Part shown: positions 49,007 to 58,938 of the stretch, piece after piece
How positions within the stretch are numbered: the first letter of the stretch is position 1
Layout of the letters: the number at the start of each line of letters is the position of its first letter
Assembly (NCBI GenBank): GCA_963706575.1
Contig: CAVPNL010000006.1
Coordinates: forward strand, 160,001-224,000
DNA length: 64,000 bases
From: an uncultured delta proteobacterium
GTDB lineage: Bacteria > Desulfobacterota > Desulfobacteria > Desulfobacterales > JAHEIW01
Direction of reading: 5' to 3'
Made by a program: the position numbers and the translations under genes
Notes under the pieces: model-generated
Databases searched by the model: none
What the model was told of the DNA's origin: nothing
What the model saw: the letters and a program-made list of their open reading frames with translations, nothing else

Positions 49007-51164
49007 TCATGTTTTAACAACCTGACAGATGATTTCTTTATAAGGTGGAAATCCCGAGATGGGATCGAATTGGCGCGGTATCAATTCATTGACGTTGGCA
49101 TCTTTCCATCCATGTTCGACGCCCACAACACCGGCCGGAACTAAAATGGTAGGTTTGGCCCTTACCGTCATCTGGCCATAGGGCGTTTTTAAAATTACAT
49201 CGTCATCCCTTTCAATATTTCGATTGGCGGCATCCCGGGGGTTGATCGTCAATAGCGCATGCCGTTGCAATTCCAGCAACCAGGGAGCATCTTCACGCCA
49301 CTTGCTGTGCGTAATGTATGGAACTCGAGAGCCGGAGATCAATACAAGCGGATAATCTGGAGTGATCGCCATCGGTTCTTTATATTCGCAGAGTGGCGGA
49401 TATCCGTGTTTTTTCAAAGTAAGTGAAACCGCCTCGATTTTTCCACTGGGCGTTGCAAATCCGGGTTTGCCGTCGGGTCTCATTTTTCCGGTTTCGTATT
49501 TTTTAAACCGTTCAGGGCCCCGGGGCGGAACCGTGACTCCCTTTTCCTGATTGTTTCTCAGGTCATCATACGTTAGTCCCCACATCGCCAGAATATCGTT
49601 GCAGGCCGCTTGCACGTCCCCGTTAAAAAAGATTTCCGGATATCCCAGGCGGGTCCCGATCTCGAGGGCGATTTGCCAGTCTTCTTTGCACTCACCCGGG
49701 GGGTTGATTGGTGTGCGCCCGTAAATTTGTCGGCCGAAAACAGCAAAGGGCGCCAGCCGTTCGAAGTTCATGGCTGCCGGCAGCACAAGATCCACATAGT
49801 CATGGGTCCACGGCCGGTAGAAATAATCGACCGCCATGGCAAATTCGAGGCCGGCGATGGCCTGCTGATATTCGTGGGTCTGCGGCCAGATCATCGTGCT
49901 GAAACCCCAGGCCAGAAAAGCCTTTACCTTTCCGCCCTTTACCCATTCGACCAGATGGTTGGTTTGCACCTCCCAGAATTTTTCGGCCCATGCCGGAAAC
50001 ACTTTGCGATCCAACCGATCCGATTTCATTTCATTAAACTTTTGGCGCATGGAAAATTTAGGCGGCCCGTCAAACCAGGGGGCCATGCCTTCCAGAGGCT
50101 CGGTTGGTTTTGTAATTCCGCCGGGAATGTCGATATAGCCGCAAATGGCCGGGATCATCAATATGGCCCGATGGTTATTGGTGGCGTTGAGATCGTGAAT
50201 GGTCCCCTGGGGACCGAGCAGCATACTCCCGGGGCCGTTGGAAGCATAAAGGCGCGCCGCTTCAATAATTTTTTCAGCAGGGACCCAGCTTATTTTTTCA
50301 ACCCTTTCGGGCGTAAAATCTTTGACATAGTCCTGCAATTCATCGATGCCGTGAATCCAATTCTCGCAGAAAGCCTTGTCATGGAGACTTTCATTAAAAA
50401 TGACGTGCATCATTCCGGCAGCAAGGGCGGCAGTTGTGGCCGGTCGCGGTCTCAAATGGATGTCGGCCAGCGTCTCGGCGGTTGGGGTCTTGCGCGGATC
50501 AACCACAATAAACTTTACGCCGTTTTCTTTAGCGTCCGCCAGTTGGCCGTGGCACATGAAGGGTCGGCCGGAATAGGCCGGGTTGGTTCCCCAGATGAGT
50601 ACAACGCCGGTTTTCTGCGTTGGGAGATTGCCCAGGGTGGGAAATCCATAGGTTAAAAGCTCCGCCAGCAAGGCGGCCCGACGACAGGCTGTTGAGCTCT
50701 CAGTGCCGTAATTGACCGAACCATAAGTGGCCGCCAGACGCTGAACAGCGGCACGGGGTTCCTTGGGGTCGCCGACATAAAAGAACGCTGCCTGGGGACC
50801 GTATTCTTTTTTAATTCGATTCAAATGTCCGACGATAATGTCATAGGCCTCGTCCCAGGAAATTCGGACGAAATCGGGCGTGCAGTGCGCCTTTGGGATT
50901 GACTCGCTTCAGCGGATATTTGAGGCGATTTGGATGATACAGCCGCTGCAGGGTTCCATAGGCCTTGGTACAAAGCGGTGCGGCCGGAAATCCGGGCCAG
51001 GACTCAATGCGGGTGACAATATTTCCGGTTTTAAAAAATTTAATTCCGCAAAATGGCGCCTGGTTACACCCGTCACAGAACGTGTAACCCACAGTTTGTT
51101 CCCCCGCCGATGAATCCTTAATGTCTATCTGATAAGATCTATCGCTTACAGCCATATCTGTCAT
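49007..51164 (-). CDS. Molybdopterin (DMSO reductase superfamily) oxidoreductase catalytic subunit; one frameshift near 50880
   Basis: N-terminal Fe-S domain CDGCNQAPFC..PLCTK..RLKYPLKR (50841..51164) continues as PDFVRISWDEAYDII into 49007..50824 (WGTNP, VVDPR, DLVLPAA, TPSGKIE, INPRDA); no Tat signal. Confidence 0.9.
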
Positions 51165-51316
51165 CTACCTCGAATCACTCATTTGCTGTTGTAAATAGTG
51201 AAGGTCGGTCGGTGTGTCAACGGTAATTATCCCATAAACACGTTTAAATTTTCTTATTGAATACGTTTATTAAAGTCGTTTGCTTTGATGTTGACAAAGT
51301 TTGATATCTGATCTAC

Positions 51317-51333
51317 TGGGGTACAGTACCCCA
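51317..51333. promoter_or_regulatory. Palindrome, candidate GntR operator
   Basis: TGGGGTAC-A-GTACCCCA, ~20 bp downstream of TTGACA (51291-51296) in the divergent intergenic region. Confidence 0.5.
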
Positions 51334-51360
51334 ATTAATGTTCTCATCCAGGAACCTATC

Positions 51361-52062
51361 ATGGTCGACATTGCCGATGATTTGATAATCGAAGCGCCGG
51401 TGTCCATCCGCCAAAAGGTTTATGATTTCCTCAGAAACCAAATTCTCTCCAACCATATTGCGGCCGGTGATCGTCTGGTCGAAGGCCGTTTGGCAAGGCA
51501 AATTAATGTGTCCCGAACCCCCGTTCGGGAAGCCCTGCATATTTTAGAGATGGAAGGCCTGGTCGAGTCGATTCCCCGGGTCGGTTACCGGGTGAAGGAG
51601 ATGCAATGGGGGGATGTTGAAGAGCTCTGTGAAATCCGGGCGGTCAATGAAATTTTAGCAGCCCGCTGGGCGATGAAGCGAATTGGCCATGAAGAACTGG
51701 CGGCGATGAAGGATAATATTGATTCTGCTGAAGCTGAAATCAAGGCCGGACAGCCGAAATTGTTTGTCGAACGCGATGCCGAATTCCATGAAATGCTGGT
51801 TGCGGCCAGCGGCAGCCAACGGCTGCTGGAATTATGTCAAATGCTGCGGCGCCATATGCTGCGCTACCGGATCGAAAGCATCTATATTGCTGAATCCGGA
51901 CTGAGGGCGGTCAGCGGCCACCGCAGGATTTTAGAGTGCCTTGAAAAAAAAGATGACATTGGAATCGAAGCGGCGATTCGGACGCATCTGGAGCAGTCCA
52001 AGCGTGATATTCACCGCTTTGCATTTGAGATGAAAACAGACACGAATAGTCAGAGGGATTGA
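51361..52062 (+). CDS. GntR-family regulator, FadR/FCD subfamily
   Basis: VSRTPVREAL HTH, EIRAVNE, DAEFH, H..I..HL. Confidence 0.93.
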   Translation: MVDIADDLIIEAPVSIRQKVYDFLRNQILSNHIAAGDRLVEGRLARQINVSRTPVREALHILEMEGLVESIPRVGYRVKEMQWGDVEELCEIRAVNEILAARWAMKRIGHEELAAMKDNIDSAEAEIKAGQPKLFVERDAEFHEMLVAASGSQRLLELCQMLRRHMLRYRIESIYIAESGLRAVSGHRRILECLEKKDDIGIEAAIRTHLEQSKRDIHRFAFEMKTDTNSQRD

Positions 52063-52222
52063 AGAAAGAAAATCTAGTTCCACGGTTTAACCTTGATTGT
52101 CAAATGGTCTATGGCGTTGAAAATTATAATTGCAAAAGGAGGTGAGAAACGTTAAACCCGCAATAGTTGGCTACTATGAATATTTAGATGATCGCTGATA
52201 TTTATCGATGAAAGGAGGAATT

Positions 52223-53233
52223 ATGTCAAAAAAACGCATGTTTTACGTGATTATTGCTTTTGCCGCCGTTTTGGCGCTAAACGTGTCATTATTCCCGACC
52301 CCCGATGTTGCGGCGGAAAAGATCACCATTAAAGCCATTAGCGCCTGGGGCAAAAATCATAGTGGCGTTAAAAAAGATTATCTGCCCTACATCAAGCATG
52401 CCAATGAAATGCTTCAGGCAAAATATCCCGGTGAGGTTGAAATCAAATATATCGGGGGGGCTGAAGTCATTCCAATCCCGGATCAGGCCGAAGCCCTCAG
52501 AAAGGGTCAGGTTGATATGTACTATGGTACGGCAGCCTATTATGTCGGAGTTGTACCGGCCGCAAATACCACCAAGCTGTCTCAACTGACCTCCCAGGAA
52601 GAAAAAGATGTCGGCGCCGATGCCATTTATGATGAAATTCATCGCAAGTTATTAAATGCTACCTATCTGGGCGCCCTCGGCAGTCAGAACCCTTTTCAGC
52701 TTTACACCATTAAGAAGATTACATCACCGGATCAAATAAAAGGTCTGCGCATTCGCACATCGGCCATGTATGTCGATTTTTTAAAAGCGCTGGAGGCCAA
52801 TCCGGTTGCGACCAAACCGGGTGACGTCTATCAGGCACTGGAACGGGGCGTTGTGGATGGGGTCATGTGGCCACTGGACAGTATCAGACCCTGGGGCTGG
52901 CATGAGGTTGCCAAATACGTTACGGGCCCTCCCTTTTATAAGGTGTCTCACCCGCTTCTGATGAATGCCGACAAATGGGATGCACTGCCCAAGAAAATCC
53001 AGGCAGTGCTCATGGAAGCCCTGCGGCTCGAGGTTATTGCCATTGATGCCAGAACCGCCGAGGATATCAACAATGAATACAAAGAGATGAAAAAAGCCGG
53101 CATGCAAATTATTAAATTCTCACCCGCCGACGAGAAAAAATATCTGGATATGGCCTATACGGAAGGGTGGAAGGGTCAGCTCAAGATGGAGTCTGAATAT
53201 ACCCAAAAATTACGTAAACTGTTAACCAAATAA
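52223..53233 (+). CDS. dctP: TRAP transporter substrate-binding protein
   Basis: Signal peptide, KGLRIRT, DVYQALERGVVDG, NADKWDALP. Confidence 0.92.
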   Translation: MSKKRMFYVIIAFAAVLALNVSLFPTPDVAAEKITIKAISAWGKNHSGVKKDYLPYIKHANEMLQAKYPGEVEIKYIGGAEVIPIPDQAEALRKGQVDMYYGTAAYYVGVVPAANTTKLSQLTSQEEKDVGADAIYDEIHRKLLNATYLGALGSQNPFQLYTIKKITSPDQIKGLRIRTSAMYVDFLKALEANPVATKPGDVYQALERGVVDGVMWPLDSIRPWGWHEVAKYVTGPPFYKVSHPLLMNADKWDALPKKIQAVLMEALRLEVIAIDARTAEDINNEYKEMKKAGMQIIKFSPADEKKYLDMAYTEGWKGQLKMESEYTQKLRKLLTK

Positions 53234-53243
53234 GGCGCCAGTC

Positions 53244-53280
53244 GGTGAAATTCCCCGCAAACGCTTCGGGGAATTTCACC
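53244..53280 (+). other. Stem-loop between dctP and dctQ (mRNA stabiliser or partial terminator)
   Basis: GGTGAAATTCCCCG-loop-CGGGGAATTTCACC, perfect 14-bp stem. Confidence 0.65.
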
Positions 53281-53367
53281 CGGCAACACTGCCCGCCTGT
53301 CTCGTTTCAGCTTAGCGTCACGCATGGGAATATTTGGCGGGGATTTGAGAACTACTGGGAGAAAGGT

Positions 53368-53883
53368 ATGGCAGCAAGGGATCGTAAACCGCCCAGAAAT
53401 GGTTTTGATCTTATCATCGAGTTTCTGGCTTATTTGGCAGGTATTATCCTTTTGGTGATAACCTTTGCTGTGACCGGTTCGGCTTTGGTGCGGTATCTGG
53501 GTTTCCGGGCGCCCATCTGGACGCTCCAGTATACCGAGTATGGCCTGTTGTGGTTCACCTTCCTGGGTGCCGCCTGGCTTTTGAGAGAAGAGGGCCACAT
53601 CCGGATCGATACTGTTATTTCACGGTTTTATGCCAAGACCCGCCGCAAAGTGGAAATCATCGATGATATTTTAGGATTTATTGTTTCCATCACCATTTTT
53701 TGGTTCGGCACCCTTCACAGCATTGATCTTTATCAACGCGGAATCATGGAAGTAAAAGGCGTAATCGTTCCAAAATTCCCTGTTTTTCTCATTATCCCTT
53801 TAGGGGGTTTGGCCCTTTCCATTCAGTTCGGTCGCAATTTCTTAAAAAAAATCAGATTCAAAACCGACCATGGAGAAAATTGA
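53368..53883 (+). CDS. dctQ: TRAP transporter small permease
   Basis: Four TM helices, RY...FLGAAWLLREEGHIRID. Confidence 0.9.
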   Translation: MAARDRKPPRNGFDLIIEFLAYLAGIILLVITFAVTGSALVRYLGFRAPIWTLQYTEYGLLWFTFLGAAWLLREEGHIRIDTVISRFYAKTRRKVEIIDDILGFIVSITIFWFGTLHSIDLYQRGIMEVKGVIVPKFPVFLIIPLGGLALSIQFGRNFLKKIRFKTDHGEN

Positions 53884-53925
53884 TTGAAAGTTCCTGTTTG
53901 CGTTAATTAAACAGGAGGCACAGAT

Positions 53926-55236
53926 ATGGAGTGGTGGGCGATATTGTCGTTTTTAATCGGGGGCTTGTTATTTTTTCTGGCCATGGGGCTCCCGATTGCT
54001 TTCGCATTCCTCCTGATTAATTTCATCGGGGCTTACGTCTTTATGGGCGGGATGGATGGCGTGAGCCTTTCCGTACAGCAGATATTTTCATCCCTGGTCA
54101 GCTTCTCATTGGCCCCCATCCCTCTTTTTGTTTTCATGGGCGAGTTGATGCTGCATTCCGGCATGGCCAAGCGCACCCTGGATGTGTTTGACAAGTTGAT
54201 CGGAAGACTTCCCGGCCGGCTGAGCCTGATTGTCATCACCGGAGGCGCCCTGTTTTCGACCTTAAGCGGGTCCACCATTGCAAATACAGCCATGCTGGGG
54301 CAGATCATGGTACCCGAAATGCGGCAGCGCGGGTATAAGAATCCGATGATCCTGGGCCCGATCGTCGGGGTCGGCGGGCTGGCGATGCTCATTCCGCCCA
54401 GCGCCCTGGCAGTTGTTTACGCGAGCCTTGCGCAGATATCGGTGGGAAAGGTCCTGATCGCAGGAGCCGTACCCGGTTTTATGCTGGCAGTGTTATATGC
54501 CCTTTATGTATTTGGAAGATCGCACTTAAATCCCTCCATCGCCCCGGCTTATGAAGTAGCGCATCACAAGCTTTCGGAAAAGGTTTCAGAATTTGCGCGA
54601 TACGTCCTGCCGCTGGGGTTTATTTTTTTTCTGGTCCTCGGTTTTATATTTCTCGGTATTGCGACACCCACCGAAGCCGCATCCACAGGTGCGATCGGTA
54701 CGATTATTCTGGCATGCTGTTACAAAAAGTTTAGTTTAGCTGTTTTGAAAAATTCCCTTAAAGGCACCCTGCATGTCTCGGTGATGGCCTTTATGATTAT
54801 TGCGGCGTCCAAGACGTATAGCGCTATTCTCGCTTTTACCGGGAGCACGCTGGGACTAATCAGCCTTATCAACGATATTCAAATGTCGAGAATTGCGATC
54901 CTGATCGGGATGATGCTGATACTGATGATACTGGGCACCTTTATGGAACAGGTATCCATGATGATGATCACAATTCCGATTTACATGCCGATCATTGAAG
55001 GCCTGGGGTATGACCCCATCTGGTTTGCGATCCTGATGCTCCTCAATCTGGAGATGGCCATGTCGACCCCGCCATTCGGGATCCTTCTTTTTGTGATGAA
55101 AGGGTCAGCGCCACCGAATACGAAACTAGGAGAGATATGCCTGGCGGCCGCGCCCTTTCTCGTTTGCGACCTGATCGTCATGATTATCCTGATTGCCTTT
55201 CCAGCCATTGTTTTGTTTTTGCCCGGTCTGATGTAG
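53926..55236 (+). CDS. dctM: TRAP transporter large permease
   Basis: PIPLFVFMG, SGSTIA, LIPPS, ATPTEA, TPPFG. Confidence 0.94.
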   Translation: MEWWAILSFLIGGLLFFLAMGLPIAFAFLLINFIGAYVFMGGMDGVSLSVQQIFSSLVSFSLAPIPLFVFMGELMLHSGMAKRTLDVFDKLIGRLPGRLSLIVITGGALFSTLSGSTIANTAMLGQIMVPEMRQRGYKNPMILGPIVGVGGLAMLIPPSALAVVYASLAQISVGKVLIAGAVPGFMLAVLYALYVFGRSHLNPSIAPAYEVAHHKLSEKVSEFARYVLPLGFIFFLVLGFIFLGIATPTEAASTGAIGTIILACCYKKFSLAVLKNSLKGTLHVSVMAFMIIAASKTYSAILAFTGSTLGLISLINDIQMSRIAILIGMMLILMILGTFMEQVSMMMITIPIYMPIIEGLGYDPIWFAILMLLNLEMAMSTPPFGILLFVMKGSAPPNTKLGEICLAAAPFLVCDLIVMIILIAFPAIVLFLPGLM

Positions 55237-55247
55237 TAGAACCCATC

Positions 55248-55553
55248 TCAAAAATGTCTTTCGATTCGCTCCAGTTCAGCGTTAATTTTAATGGCCGCTA
55301 TGATAAACCGCAGGTCAATGGCCATGGGCTGATGCAGCGCCAGCACCTTGAGGCACTCTTCTTCGAGCTCGACTTCGGTTTCATCGATTTCGAAGTCTGT
55401 TTGAATAATTTGTTGGGCCAGGTCAGAATCATTGGTATCGATGGCCTTGATGGCCATCTGAACGCGCTCTTCCACCATTGCCCCCAGGGCCAGAATGCGC
55501 TTTTTTATATTTTCCAGCTCCTTTGTGAATTGCTTTCTGATTCGCTTTTCCAT
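55248..55553 (-). pseudogene. phoU: Truncated phoU (first PhoU domain only)
   Basis: LGAMVEE..D.EID..E...LALHQPMAIDLR..KINAELERI, then unrelated ERHF-stop. Confidence 0.85.
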
Positions 55554-55587
55554 TATTATTATCCTTAAGATGCTTCCGGTTGCTATG

Positions 55588-55727
55588 AAGTGGTTTAAAA
55601 CCCCATCTAAGGCCCAATGGCTGCGTTGCAGGCCTCCGGTAAATGCTCACATACCAATGTATGCTGAGAACAACGATTCCCGATCGGCCTGACGTCTTGC
55701 CCTTGATCTGAGGTTTTGAAACCACTT
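55588..55727. mobile_element. MITE-like/structured element, family A copy 3 (in phoU leader)
   Basis: AAGTGGTTT-AAAACC / GGTTTTGAAACCACTT; core shared with copies 1 and 2. Confidence 0.8.
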
Positions 55728-55878
55728 AGTGACGAAAAGGTAAACTGTTTTTGTTTGCCAGGCAAGAACAAATTCAAGGGCGCCTGTTTTAATGTGCGTC
55801 CTTTATTCCTGTCTCAAAACAACGACCCTACTCTATTTGTCCCTATTTAAATCCGCAAAATGTTAGATTTTTATTAGC

Positions 55879-55917
55879 CTAACAAAAAACTAACAAAATC
55901 TTCGCTGAACGCTAACA
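55879..55917 (+). promoter_or_regulatory. Candidate Pho box array upstream of pstC
   Basis: CTAACA at 55879, 55890 and 55912 (11-bp periodicity). Confidence 0.6.
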
Positions 55918-55975
55918 AACAATTCCTATCCTTTCGTTCCAATAGAGTTTTGCCTGATCGGGGTTCAGCTAAAAA

Positions 55976-57363
55976 ATGTCACCAACAACATTACTATTCA
56001 TTCTTTTGGTCTTATCGACCTGCGGTTATTATGTCGGCCGACGGCGCGCATTTGCCGTTGGCGGTGGTTCGGCCGGGATTAAAAACCTGCACTCACGTCC
56101 GATCTATTATGGATCGCTTCCCGCCTTTTGGGCGGGATTGGTACCTTGCTTCTTTTCGGATTCTGGCTGGCCTTTGAGTCCACCATGATTACCCACATGG
56201 TGATCGCCGATCTGCCGGAAACCCTGCGAAATCTTCCGGCGGCCGAGCTCAATCTGAATGTGAATAAAATTCGAAACCTGGTCAGCGGAAATATTATTGC
56301 CGGTACCGTCGAACCTCATATACAGGCTGCCGCAGATCATTACCGCAGCCTGAAAACGACCAGCAATGCCGCCCTGGCAGTTGTTGCCATATCGATGGCC
56401 ATACTGGGGCTGGTTATCGTCAGGGCCAAAATAACCCCGACGCTGCGGGCGCGCAATCGGGTCGAACAGGTTATCAAAATTATCCTGATTGCCTGTTCCA
56501 CGATCGCCATCTTTACCACCATCGGTATTGTACTGTCGGTGCTGTTTGAATCTATTCGTTTTTTTCAAAAGGTACCGGTTTCCGAATTTCTCTTTGGGCT
56601 TAAATGGAGTCCCCAGACGGCCATCCGCTCAGACCAGGTCGGCTCATCGGGCGCATTTGGCGCTGTTCCGGTATTTACGGGCACTTTATTAATATCCGTC
56701 ATTGCCATGTGTGTTGCCGTACCGATCGGGCTGATGTCTGCGATTTACCTGTCTGAATATGCAAGCAAGAAATTTCGCACAGTGGCCAAACCATTGATTG
56801 AAATCCTGGCCGGCATTCCTACCGTGGTTTATGGATTTTTTGCGGCCCTGACGATCGCCCCCTTTATTCGCGATACCGGAGGACTGCTGGGCCTGGGCGT
56901 GTCTTCAGAAAGCGCCCTGGCAGCCGGCCTTGTGATGGGGATCATGATTATTCCCTTTGTTTCATCCCTATCCGATGATTTTATCAATGCCGTGCCCCAG
57001 GCTTTGCGGGACGGTGCTTACAGCCTGGGCGCTACCCGGTCGGAAACCATCAAGCAGGTTATACTACCGGCGGCGCTGCCCGGAATCGTCGGCGGTATTC
57101 TTCTGGCCGTTTCCCGGGCCATCGGCGAAACCATGATCGTGGTGATGGCTGCCGGTTTGGCGGCCAATTTGACCTTAAATCCATTGAAAACCGTAACGAC
57201 GGTAACGGTCCAGATTGTGACCCTGCTGGTTGGCGACCAGGAGTTTGACAGCGCCAAAACCCTGGCGGCTTTTGCCCTGGGGTTACTGTTGTTTGTGGTA
57301 ACGTTGTTATTGAATATCATCGCCTTGCATGTGGTGCGCAAATATCGAGAGCAATATGAATAA
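55976..57363 (+). CDS. pstC: Phosphate ABC transporter permease PstC (frameshift near 56130)
   Basis: N-terminal ORF 55976..56188 (LHSRPIYYG) joins 56128..57363 (AIYLSEY, EILAGIPTVVYG, SRAIGETM). Confidence 0.92.
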
Positions 57364-58657
57364 TTCCCAAACGCAATTGCCCGGTAGCGGAAAACAAAAA
57401 GAGCGGACCCTTGACATCGTCAACCGGGGACTAAAAAAGCGTTACCGCGCCGAGCGCCGGTTCCGGTTCTATGGTCTACTGGCCATTGTTGCCAGTATGG
57501 TCTTTTTATCCCTTTTATTTATCAGCATCATCGGTAAGGGCTACACGGCCTTTCTGCAGACTTTCATTGAACTGAATGTGTTCTTCGATCCTGAAATCCT
57601 GGACGAGCAAGCTCTGGCAACCGCCGATTATCAGGGTCTGGTAAAAAAATCTTTACGGGACATGTTCCCCGATGCCAAGGGTCGACAGGACAGGCGGATG
57701 CTGTACGGCATTGTCAGCACAGGCGCATCCTTTCAATTAAGGGACATGGTGTTAACCCGTCTGGATATTATCGGCCAGACCTTAAAGATCTGGGTGCCGG
57801 CCGACGATGATGTGGATATGCTGGTCAAGGGGCATTTTGACCGACAGGCCGGCGAAGGCGAACGCCGCTTAAAGGACAAACAGCTGGCCTGGGTCGATCA
57901 GCTGTCGGCCGAAGGCAAAATTAAAAAGAAATTTAATACTACCTTTTTCACCAGCGGGGATTCGCGCGAACCGGAACTGGCCGGCATCTGGGGGGCGGTG
58001 GCCGGTTCATTTTTTACCCTGGTAATCACCCTGCTCCTATCTTTTCCGATCGGTGTGGCTGCCGCAGTATATCTGGAGGAATTTGCCCCTAAAAACCGGT
58101 GGACTGATTTAATTGAAGTCAACATTAATAACCTGGCGGCGGTGCCATCGATTGTATTCGGCTTGCTGGGGCTGGCGGTTTTTCTGAATTTTTTCGGGCT
58201 GCCGCGATCGGCCCCTGTTGTCGGTGGGCTTGTTTTGGCCCTGATGACCCTGCCGGTTATCATTATTGCCAGTCGTTCGGCCTTGACGGCCGTGCCGCCC
58301 TCTATTCGCGAGGCCGCATTGGGCGTGGGAGCGTCCCAAATGCAGATGGTTGCCCATCACGTGCTGCCGCTGGCATTGCCCGGAATGTTGACGGGGACCA
58401 TTATCGGCATGGCACGGGCTTTAGGAGAAACGGCACCGTTGCTAATGATCGGAATGGTGGCGTTTATCGTCGATATCCCGGCCGGATTTACCGATCCCTC
58501 CACCGCATTACCGGTTCAAATATATCTCTGGGCAGACAGCCCGGAGCGCGCTTTTGTGGAGCGAACTTCAGCGGCGATTATGGTCCTACTGGCGTTTTTG
58601 ATCACCATGAATGCGGCGGCTGTAATTTTGAGAAGACGCTACGAGAGGCGCTGGTAG
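57356..58657 (+). CDS. pstA: Phosphate ABC transporter permease PstA
   Basis: DSREPELAG, NINNLAAVPSIVFG, ARALGETAPL. Confidence 0.95.
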   Translation: MNNSQTQLPGSGKQKERTLDIVNRGLKKRYRAERRFRFYGLLAIVASMVFLSLLFISIIGKGYTAFLQTFIELNVFFDPEILDEQALATADYQGLVKKSLRDMFPDAKGRQDRRMLYGIVSTGASFQLRDMVLTRLDIIGQTLKIWVPADDDVDMLVKGHFDRQAGEGERRLKDKQLAWVDQLSAEGKIKKKFNTTFFTSGDSREPELAGIWGAVAGSFFTLVITLLLSFPIGVAAAVYLEEFAPKNRWTDLIEVNINNLAAVPSIVFGLLGLAVFLNFFGLPRSAPVVGGLVLALMTLPVIIIASRSALTAVPPSIREAALGVGASQMQMVAHHVLPLALPGMLTGTIIGMARALGETAPLLMIGMVAFIVDIPAGFTDPSTALPVQIYLWADSPERAFVERTSAAIMVLLAFLITMNAAAVILRRRYERRW

Positions 58658-58687
58658 AATTGGTGGATATAATATCGCCTGGTTTAC

Positions 58688-58766
58688 ACCACAAAGGCAC
58701 AAAGTTCACAAAGGATTTAAAAATTGTTTTAATTGATTTTCTTCGTGCCCCTCGTGCCTTTGTGGT
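58688..58766. repeat. Inverted CACRAAG-unit element
   Basis: accacaaaggcacaaagttcacaaagg ... cttcgtgcccctcgtgcctttgtggt. Confidence 0.8.
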
Positions 58767-58825
58767 TATATTGGTTTCTGGCCGCTGGCAATTCTTTAAG
58801 GCCCAGCACCGGATTTAATTGAATT

Positions 58826-58853
58826 CGAACAACTTCCTAATATTTTTCTAATG
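58826..58853 (+). promoter_or_regulatory. Candidate Pho box array upstream of pstS
   Basis: CGAACA, CTAATA, CTAATG at 11-bp spacing (58826, 58837, 58848). Confidence 0.45.
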
Positions 58854-58938
58854 CGCAATGCTTATCTATTACACAAATAATTTTGATGTTTGAATAATTT
58901 TGAGAATTCAACTTTTTGGATTTAAGGAGGAAACACAA

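Noticed and set aside
49610..50656. 348-aa ORF on the plus strand
   Set aside because: Antisense shadow of the molybdopterin oxidoreductase
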